Assembly (NCBI GenBank): GCA_963826535.1 | Contig: CAWGXL010000010.1 | Coordinates: 106,814-170,813 of the forward strand | Length of the DNA stretch: 64,000 nucleotides | Direction: 5' to 3' | DNA from: an uncultured bacterium | Lineage (GTDB): Bacteria; Patescibacteriota; Microgenomatia; Levybacterales; UBA12049 | In this document: piece after piece, positions 56,863-64,000 of the stretch | How positions within the stretch are numbered: position 1 is the stretch's first letter | How the letters are laid out: each line of letters begins with the position of its first letter | Notes under the pieces: model-generated | The model's database searches: none | Told to the model about the DNA's origin: nothing | Seen by the model: only the letters and a program-made list of their open reading frames with translations | Made by a program: the position numbers and the translations under genes

Positions 56863-57975
56863 ATGCGTATAGGAATTTACGACCCATATCTTAATTCGCT
56901 TAGCGGTGGTGAAAAATACATGTTAACAGCCGCAGCCTGTCTTTCGTATAAATATAAAGCCACAATCTTCTGGGATGATCCGAAAGTGCTTGAAATGGCT
57001 CAACGAAAACTTCGCATCGATCTTAGCAAAACAATAGTAAAACCAAATATTTTTTCCTCAAAAGTGTCTGTAGTAAGTCGATTATTAGAAACCGCGAAAT
57101 ATGATCGCCTCATTTTTTTAAGTGATGGAAGCATACCCTTGACCCTGGCAAAAAAAACAATTCTCCATTTTCAATTTCCGGTTGAATGGGTGAAAGTAGA
57201 CGATATAAGAACAAAAATAAAATTATTAAAAATTAGTAGTATCATCTGTAACTCAATATTTACGAAAAAATTTATTGACAAAAAGTTTAATATAAACAGT
57301 AAAGTTCTTTATCCGCCCTGCGTAAATTCTGATGATATTGATAAGTTTTCCATGCAAATTAAGTTTAATGAAAAGAAAAACATTATTTTAACAGTCGGTA
57401 GATATAGCCCTCTGCCTGCCCGTCCGGCAGGCGGGCCTAAAGGAGGAAGTATAAAGAAACAAGAAGAAATGATCAAAGTATTCCAAAAAATGGTTGATAA
57501 CGGATTAAATAATTGGAAACTTTATGTCGCAATAAGTTTCTTAAAAGAAAATGAAAAATATTTAGAGGAAGTCGAAAAAACTATAAAAAATTACCCCATA
57601 AAAATTATAAAAAATAGTAATTTTAGTGAACTGGAAAAACTATATAGCGACGCAAAAATATATTGGCATGCTGCAGGTTTTGGAGAAGACCTGGAGAAAC
57701 ACCCTGAAAGAGCCGAGCATTTCGGTATAACGACAGTCGAGGCAATGGCACATAAAGTAATCCCAGTCGTATATGCCCGTGGCGGTCAGCCGGAAATAGT
57801 TGACAACAACATCAACGGTTTTCTTTGGGAAACAGAACAAGAATTAATGCAAAAAACAAAAAAAATAATTACAGACAACTTACTCATGGAACAGATGGGA
57901 AATTTAGGGTTAAAAAAAGCCAGATTATATACATCTGAAAGATTCTGTGAAGAATTACAAAAAATAATTAAATGA
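56863..57975 (+). CDS. GT4 family glycosyltransferase
   Basis: GGEKY, NSIFT, EHFGITTVEAMA, GGQPEI. Confidence 0.92.
   Translation: MRIGIYDPYLNSLSGGEKYMLTAAACLSYKYKATIFWDDPKVLEMAQRKLRIDLSKTIVKPNIFSSKVSVVSRLLETAKYDRLIFLSDGSIPLTLAKKTILHFQFPVEWVKVDDIRTKIKLLKISSIICNSIFTKKFIDKKFNINSKVLYPPCVNSDDIDKFSMQIKFNEKKNIILTVGRYSPLPARPAGGPKGGSIKKQEEMIKVFQKMVDNGLNNWKLYVAISFLKENEKYLEEVEKTIKNYPIKIIKNSNFSELEKLYSDAKIYWHAAGFGEDLEKHPERAEHFGITTVEAMAHKVIPVVYARGGQPEIVDNNINGFLWETEQELMQKTKKIITDNLLMEQMGNLGLKKARLYTSERFCEELQKIIK
57412..57434. repeat. In-frame GC-rich palindrome in GT4 gene
   Basis: CTGCCTGCC-CGTCC-GGCAGGCGG encoding LPARPAG. Confidence 0.75.
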
Positions 57976-60368
57976 AATTATCTAAATATTTACCAATTCT
58001 TTTTTTAATAATTACGATTCTTTTATTTTTCTACCCTCTTTCTTTGTATGGTAAACTGCCAATCCCGGCAGATACAATAGTAGGCTTATACCACCCTTTT
58101 AGAGACATTTATGCGAAAGATTATCCACGTGGTATTCCCTTCAAAAATAGTTTGATTACTGACCCTGTCCGTCAGCAATATCCCTGGAGATTCTTTTCCG
58201 TTCATACAGAGGAAAATTTTGCCCTGCCGCTTTGGAACCCATACAGCTTGGCAGGGTCGCCTCTTCTTGCCAACTTTCAATCTGCATCATTTTATCCCCT
58301 AAATATTCTGCTTCTTCTTCCCACTTTTAGCAAATGGTGGAGCTTGCTTATTCTGCTTCAGCCATTATTAGCAGGTATATTTATGTACTTTTACCTAAAA
58401 GAAATAAAACTAAACATTTATTCCTGTTTTCTTGGCGGACTAACATATGCATTTTGCGGATTCTCAATAGCTTGGCTTGAATGGGGAACTATAGGACATG
58501 TAGCATTATGGTTGCCTTTAGTATTGCTATGTATTGATAAAATCTTTTACCAATTTAATAAGTCAGTTAAACCAGCCGGAGTAAGTTTACAACTTGCCCC
58601 GAAACATTTATTGAAAGTGTCACATTTAAAAAACCGTTCTGAGGCAGGTTACAAACCTGCTCTGGCGAAATTAATATCTCAAAATTATATCTGGCCGTTA
58701 GTTTTCATATTTTCATTAACCTCTTCGTTCTTCGCCGGGCACTTACAGACGTTTTTCTATCTATTTATTATTTCTCTTCTATATTTCTTTGCTCGCTGGT
58801 TACAGTTTGGTAGAAAAAATAAACCATTTCTTATATTCTTGCTTCTTAATTCTTGCTTCTTAATTCTTACCTCCATACAATGGCTTCCAACGCTTCAACT
58901 TATTCTCCAAAGCGCCCGCGATGTGGATCAGATACCATTACAAAACGAAGGTTGGTTCTTGCCAACCCAACATCTCATCCAATTTTTCGCGCCTGATTTC
59001 TTTGGAAACCCGACAACGCTCAATTACTGGGGAGTATGGAATTATGGTGAATTTATTGCTTATATCGGTATTTTACCCTTAATAATGGCCTGCTTTGCTT
59101 TATTTTACAGGTATGATAAAAAAACTCTCTTTTTTGGTTCAATTTTTTTTCTCTCTCTCCTTTTTGCCTTGCCATCTTGGTTTGCGAAGCTGCCCTTTGA
59201 GTTAGGAATTCCATTTCTAAATACTGCTCAGCCCACTAGGCTTTTATTCCTAACTGACTTCGCATTATGCATTTTGGCAGTACTTGGACTTGATTATTTT
59301 ATCCGTACTAAACAAAAAAATAAAATAATTTATCCTTTAGTTTTTATTTTTCTCATCTATGTTGCACTTTGGTTTTTTGTATTAAACCCCCAACTTAAAC
59401 CTTCAGAAGTCACTACGCAAAATATAGACGTAGCCAAAAACAATCTTTATATCCCCACGCTAATTTTTTGCCTGAGTCTGGCAACTATTTTACTATCACT
59501 TTTAATAAAAAGAAAAAATTTACAAATTGTTTTTTTGAGTATCTTAATTTGTTTAACTTTACTTGATTTATTTCGATTTGCATACAAATTTACTCCATTT
59601 AGTGACGAAAAATATCTTTATCCGCGGGTTTCTAGTCTCTCTGCGCTTTATAAACATTCGGGTATATCCCGTGTTATGACAACTGATTCTAGAATATTAC
59701 CGCCAAATTTCTCGGTCATGTATCACATACAAAGTATTGATGGTTACGACCCGTTATATCTAAGAAGATACGGAGAATTAATTGTGGCAATGGAAAGAAA
59801 TGCACCTGATATTAATCCCCCATTCGGATTCAATAGAATAATTACACCTCACAACTACGATTCAAGAATTGCGGACTTGCTTGGCGTAAAATACGTGCTC
59901 AGCTTGACCGACCTCTCATCTCCAAAATTAAGAAAAGTATATGAGGAAGGCCAAACCAAAATCTATGAAAATAAAAACTCCTACGAACGTGTCTTTTTTG
60001 TAGACCGGATTTATGACTCGTCAAGTAAGGAGGATTCAATAAATGCAATGTTTGATAAAAATATTGATTTAAAACACACAGCAGTAGTAGAAGATTGGAA
60101 TTACAATAAAAATATTTTCAAAAATCAAGACAATAAAGCAGAGGTTGCCAAGTATAGGAACAATGAAATAATAATAAAAACCAGTAGTAGCGATGAAGGA
60201 TTCTTAGTCCTTACAGACACATTCTATCCGACCTGGCATGCTAAAATATGCGAAACATCTCAAAATAACTGTAAAGAGACAAAAATTTATCGTACAGATT
60301 ACAATTTCCGGGGAATAATAGTCCCAGCTGGTGAAAATAACATTGTATTTTATATAACGATGCTATAA
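57972..60368 (+). CDS. YfhO-family GT-C membrane protein
   Basis: PLWNPY..AG.P, GHLQ, GYDP, DTFYPTW, FRGI. Confidence 0.88.
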   Translation: MKLSKYLPILFLIITILLFFYPLSLYGKLPIPADTIVGLYHPFRDIYAKDYPRGIPFKNSLITDPVRQQYPWRFFSVHTEENFALPLWNPYSLAGSPLLANFQSASFYPLNILLLLPTFSKWWSLLILLQPLLAGIFMYFYLKEIKLNIYSCFLGGLTYAFCGFSIAWLEWGTIGHVALWLPLVLLCIDKIFYQFNKSVKPAGVSLQLAPKHLLKVSHLKNRSEAGYKPALAKLISQNYIWPLVFIFSLTSSFFAGHLQTFFYLFIISLLYFFARWLQFGRKNKPFLIFLLLNSCFLILTSIQWLPTLQLILQSARDVDQIPLQNEGWFLPTQHLIQFFAPDFFGNPTTLNYWGVWNYGEFIAYIGILPLIMACFALFYRYDKKTLFFGSIFFLSLLFALPSWFAKLPFELGIPFLNTAQPTRLLFLTDFALCILAVLGLDYFIRTKQKNKIIYPLVFIFLIYVALWFFVLNPQLKPSEVTTQNIDVAKNNLYIPTLIFCLSLATILLSLLIKRKNLQIVFLSILICLTLLDLFRFAYKFTPFSDEKYLYPRVSSLSALYKHSGISRVMTTDSRILPPNFSVMYHIQSIDGYDPLYLRRYGELIVAMERNAPDINPPFGFNRIITPHNYDSRIADLLGVKYVLSLTDLSSPKLRKVYEEGQTKIYENKNSYERVFFVDRIYDSSSKEDSINAMFDKNIDLKHTAVVEDWNYNKNIFKNQDNKAEVAKYRNNEIIIKTSSSDEGFLVLTDTFYPTWHAKICETSQNNCKETKIYRTDYNFRGIIVPAGENNIVFYITML
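58575..58666. repeat. In-frame inverted pair of REP-like units in YfhO gene
   Basis: 27-bp arms GCCGGAGTAAGTTTACAACTTGCCCCG and TGAGGCAGGTTACAAACCTGCTCTGGC; all arm mismatches are transitions. Confidence 0.75.
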
Positions 60369-60381
60369 CGAAATAATTAAT

Positions 60382-61335
60382 ATGAATCTAAGTATAATTA
60401 TCCCAAATTACAACGGTGAAACTTTGTTGAAAAAAAACTTACCGCAAGTTTTCGATGCTGTTAAAAAATATAAACATGGTACAGTAGAAATAATTATCCC
60501 CGATGATCCTTCAGATGATAAATCAAAGGAAATCATTAAAAATTTTATTAATAATATAAAAGAAAAAAATATAGTCGGTAAAACAATTGCAAATATCGAT
60601 AAGGATCAAGCTGGATTTTCCAAAAATGTAAATCGTGGCGTCAGTTTAGCTCGAGGTGACATTCTTATCCTTCTAAATACAGATGTCTGCCCAAAGGAAG
60701 ATTTTCTGAGTACATTGCTGCCTCATTTTACCGATAAAAATGTTTTTGCTGTTGGCTGTATGGACGAAAGCATAGAGGGAGACCAAAAAATCTTGCGCGG
60801 CAGAGGAGTGGGTATTTGGAAAAAAGGTTTTTTACTTCATGCGAAAGGTGAAACCGATAAGAAAAATACGCTTTGGGCGAGCGGTGGCAGTAGCGCATTC
60901 AGTAAAAAAATTTGGGATGAACTGGGTGGTTTGGACGAAATTTACAATCCGTTTTATTGGGAGGATAATGACCTATCTTACCGCGCGTTAAAATCAGGAT
61001 ATAAAATCATTTTTGAAAACAAAAGCATTGTAATTCATGAACACGAAAAAGGTACTATAAAGACTATGATTGACCCTTCTAAAATAAAAAAAATAGCATA
61101 CAGAAATCAGTTTATATTTATTTGGCTAAATATCACCGACAAAGATTTGTTATTTTCTCATATAGTATGGCTGCCCTATCACTTTATAACTGCCCTTATG
61201 AGACATGATTGGTACTTTTATTATGGTTTCTTCGCGGCATTTCAAAAAATAAATGAAGTGCTAAAAAAGAGAAAAATATACACGAAACAATTCATAAGAA
61301 CAGATAAAGAAATCTTATCAGAATTTAAAATATGA
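60382..61335 (+). CDS. GT2 family glycosyltransferase
   Basis: IIPNYNG, GFSKNVN, LLNTD, YWEDND. Confidence 0.9.
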   Translation: MNLSIIIPNYNGETLLKKNLPQVFDAVKKYKHGTVEIIIPDDPSDDKSKEIIKNFINNIKEKNIVGKTIANIDKDQAGFSKNVNRGVSLARGDILILLNTDVCPKEDFLSTLLPHFTDKNVFAVGCMDESIEGDQKILRGRGVGIWKKGFLLHAKGETDKKNTLWASGGSSAFSKKIWDELGGLDEIYNPFYWEDNDLSYRALKSGYKIIFENKSIVIHEHEKGTIKTMIDPSKIKKIAYRNQFIFIWLNITDKDLLFSHIVWLPYHFITALMRHDWYFYYGFFAAFQKINEVLKKRKIYTKQFIRTDKEILSEFKI

Positions 61336-62048
61336 AATTATCAATTATCATGCCGGTTTTTAACGAAGAGAATACTGTAGGAGAAATACTAAATAGAGTA
61401 AATAAAGCAGAAATACCGAATATTGAAAAAGAAATTATCATCATAAATGATGGATCTACAGACAATTCTCATAATATTATTAAAAAAGAAATAGAGAAAA
61501 TAAAAAATGCTATTTATATAACCCACAAAGAAAACCTAGGAAAAGGAGCAGCAATAAAAACAGGTATCAAATCTGCCACCGGTGATTATATTATCATTCA
61601 AGACGCAGACCTGGAGTATAACCCGCAAACTTATAAATATTTACTAACACCTATAATCCAAAAGAAAACAGAAGTTGTTTATGGCACCAGATTAAAGCGC
61701 CTTCCCAATTTTTCAAGAGATGAAAAAAGCATCCATTTTTTTCTTCATTATATGGGAAATAAAGCGCTTAGTTTTTTAACCAGCATCCTCTATGGCCAAT
61801 GGCTTACCGACATGGAGACTTGCTATAAAATATTTCCAAGAAAGGCTGTTATTGATATGAAATTAAATGCTCGCGGTTTTGAATTTGAACCTGAAATTAC
61901 GGCAAAGCTATTTAAAAAAGGATATAAAATAGTTGAGTTGCCAATATCTACTGTTCCCAGGGGTTACAATGAGGGAAAAAAATTGCATACAATTAGAGAC
62001 GGAGTAAAAGCACTATGGTCACTGGTTAAATATCGATTTGTTGATTAA
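61332..62048 (+). CDS. GT2 DPM1-like polyprenyl-phosphate glycosyltransferase
   Basis: PVFNEE, NDGSTD, GKGAA, QDADLEY, DMETCYK, EPEIT, EGKK. Confidence 0.92.
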   Translation: MKLSIIMPVFNEENTVGEILNRVNKAEIPNIEKEIIIINDGSTDNSHNIIKKEIEKIKNAIYITHKENLGKGAAIKTGIKSATGDYIIIQDADLEYNPQTYKYLLTPIIQKKTEVVYGTRLKRLPNFSRDEKSIHFFLHYMGNKALSFLTSILYGQWLTDMETCYKIFPRKAVIDMKLNARGFEFEPEITAKLFKKGYKIVELPISTVPRGYNEGKKLHTIRDGVKALWSLVKYRFVD

Positions 62049-62057
62049 ATTAAAAGA

Positions 62058-63554
62058 ATGAGTATGAATATTTCTGAAAAATTTCGATTAAATTTTCCGC
62101 TTCTTCTCTCTTTAGTTTTTATTTATATAATTTCTGTTTGGCTAAGATTAGCTTTTCTTGACACAAATTTGTTCTTTGGTCCTGAACAGGGAAGAGATTT
62201 TTTGGTAATTAAGGAATTTGTTTTGCAACATAAATTGACACTGATTGGACCAAAAACGGATATAGGGGGTATATTTCATGGACCGGTATATTACTATTTT
62301 ACATCAATACCATTTGCAATGAGTCAAGGTGACCCTCTTTTTTCGTCAAAGTTTTTAATTTTCTTTAATTGTGTGACAGTATTTTTTATCTATCTTTTAG
62401 GTAAACGTCTTCACAACCGTTCTACAGGTATTATAGCAGCAATTTTATTTGCTTTCTCTTTCAACGCGATTGTTTACGCGCGTTGGCTTTCAAATCCTCC
62501 ATTATCTATACCATTGGTCACAATGGCAATGTTTTTTTTAATAGACTTTCTTAAAGGTAACAAAAAGAGCTTAATTGGTTACTCAATTTGTTTTGGATTG
62601 CTTAGTCAAGTAGAATTTTTAAACATATTATTTTTTTCGGCTATCACACTAGGTGTTATTGTTGTATTTTTTAATCATTTTAGAAAAACATCATCGGCTT
62701 TTTTATTCTTTAATTTTCTTATTGCTTCAGTGCTGTGTGTCGGTTCATATATTTTGTTTGACATAAGACATCAGTTTCTTATTACGAATAATATTTTAAA
62801 CCTTCTCAATGGACAAACAGGATTTCATATCTCTTTATTATCTGCAGTGCAAAAAAGCGGTTTGGAGTTTTTTCATTCATTTACGACAACTATTTTACCC
62901 CTTGGGGGACCTTGGAGTTTTTTGCTTTTGTTTTTTGCGGTTGGGCTGCTTCTAGTTCGCTCCAAAAAGCAGAAAGAGTATGTTCTTGTAATATTGTGGT
63001 TATTTGTTCCGTTGATTCTACTTATTATTCTGCGTCACGATGTTCTGGAGCATTTTTTTGTCTCACTAATTCCTGCTTTTATTCTCATCACCGCACTGGT
63101 GGTTGAATCAGTATTAAGAAAATCTTTACCGATTGGAATAGTTATTGCAATTGTATTGATTGGTGTACAGCTAGTTGCCTGGAAAAATACAATTCCACAA
63201 AATAATAATATTTTTTTTCAGGCAACACAACCGGAACTTCGCTATTCCAATGAATTGGAAACTATAGATCGGATTTACCAAGAATCAGGTAAAAATTCAT
63301 TTGCAATTCAATCATATACGATTCCATATTGGAGTCAACAGGGTTGGGAATATTTATTCTGGAGCTATGGTGAAAGAAAATATGGAAGATCACCTGTTAG
63401 TCAAAAAGATACAAAAAAATTATTTGTTATTATTCAAGATGATTCAAATTCAAAATATCAACAGGAATGGCTTAAGAACACTGTCAGTAAGTGGGGATCA
63501 GTGACTCAAACTTTTCGCTATGGCGTTTTGACTATTCGGGAGTTGCGATTATAG
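62058..63554 (+). CDS. GT-C (ArnT/PMT-like) glycosyltransferase
   Basis: EQGRD, LIGP, GPVYYY, RWLSNP; polytopic. Confidence 0.82.
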   Translation: MSMNISEKFRLNFPLLLSLVFIYIISVWLRLAFLDTNLFFGPEQGRDFLVIKEFVLQHKLTLIGPKTDIGGIFHGPVYYYFTSIPFAMSQGDPLFSSKFLIFFNCVTVFFIYLLGKRLHNRSTGIIAAILFAFSFNAIVYARWLSNPPLSIPLVTMAMFFLIDFLKGNKKSLIGYSICFGLLSQVEFLNILFFSAITLGVIVVFFNHFRKTSSAFLFFNFLIASVLCVGSYILFDIRHQFLITNNILNLLNGQTGFHISLLSAVQKSGLEFFHSFTTTILPLGGPWSFLLLFFAVGLLLVRSKKQKEYVLVILWLFVPLILLIILRHDVLEHFFVSLIPAFILITALVVESVLRKSLPIGIVIAIVLIGVQLVAWKNTIPQNNNIFFQATQPELRYSNELETIDRIYQESGKNSFAIQSYTIPYWSQQGWEYLFWSYGERKYGRSPVSQKDTKKLFVIIQDDSNSKYQQEWLKNTVSKWGSVTQTFRYGVLTIRELRL

Positions 63555-63573
63555 TTTTTTTTGGATAAAAAAG

Positions 63574-64000
63574 ATGAAAAAGCTTTTTAATACAAAGATG
63601 ATATTAATCTATGTCGTCCTTATAGCGGCATTTTTGCGGTTTTATCAGCTTGGGATAAATCCGCCTTCATTAACCTGGGATGAGACAGCATGGGGATACA
63701 ATGCCTATTCGATAGGGATTGACGGACGTGATGAGTTTGGAAGATTGCTGCCATACGACTATCTTGAATCATTTGGAGATTTTAAGCCTCCAATGTATGC
63801 TTATTTAAGTGTGGTTCCCGTTAAGATTTTTGGTCTTAATGAATTTTCGACCCGCTTTGCTTCAGCATTTTTTGGAACACTCACAGTATTAGTTACGTAT
63901 TTTTTGGTCAAAGCTCTGTTTTCATTAAACCAGAAAAAAAATCAAAATTCAAAAAATTCATTGGAAATTGGGAATTGGAAAATGGAAGCACCAATTATAG
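63574..64000 (+). CDS. GT-C (ArnT-like) glycosyltransferase, 3'-truncated by window edge
   Basis: Manual translation MKKLFNT...LRFYQL...WDETAWGYNAYSI...GRDEFG...FGDFKPP...FGLNEFSTR. Confidence 0.85.
   Translation, partial: MKKLFNTKMILIYVVLIAAFLRFYQLGINPPSLTWDETAWGYNAYSIGIDGRDEFGRLLPYDYLESFGDFKPPMYAYLSVVPVKIFGLNEFSTRFASAFFGTLTVLVTYFLVKALFSLNQKKNQNSKNSLEIGNWKMEAPII

Noticed and set aside
1-64000. Alternative genetic code (UGA read as Gly or Trp)
   Set aside because: Long conserved genes translate fully under code 11 with Trp as TGG; broken genes are explained by frameshifts or the IS, not in-frame UGA.

Overview
AT-rich bacterial chromosomal window, standard code 11. Gene content (dense GT-C/YfhO/GT2 glycosylation cluster, short dcw cluster, mostly SD-less starts) suggests a Patescibacteria/CPR (Microgenomates-like) genome; this taxonomy is inference. 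Core genes: tRNA-Arg(UCG), lon, ftsZ, tRNA-Glu(CUC), a cold-shock gene and mraY-ftsW-murG-ftsQ-like-ftsA, followed by a >17 kb surface-glycosylation cluster (46.2-64 kb). Best-supported discovery: a 4,939-bp IS1-family cargo transposon (21871-26809; perfect 16-bp terminal inverted repeats, 8-bp target duplication CAAGTTTT) that splits an NADPH oxidoreductase gene. It carries a GIY-YIG-type nuclease, a replication-relaxation protein, a HEPN pair, a TIR-domain protein and a small basic KGG protein. Second highlight: an 8-kb island directly after ftsA with a tight operon of divergent NadE-like amidoligase, nitrilase, PLP decarboxylase and ATP-grasp ligase, plus a hydrolase-toroid fusion, methyltransferase and atypical SDR, a candidate undescribed small-molecule pathway. 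Also seen: 10-bp repeats upstream of both Fic genes, in-frame palindromic insertions in murG/GT4/YfhO, a likely 24-kb inversion separating ftsA from ftsZ, a queuosine-salvage glycosylase, a channel lacking TVGYG, pervasive near-leaderless promoters and several homopolymer frameshifts that may be assembly errors. All family assignments come from motif recognition by eye, not database searches.
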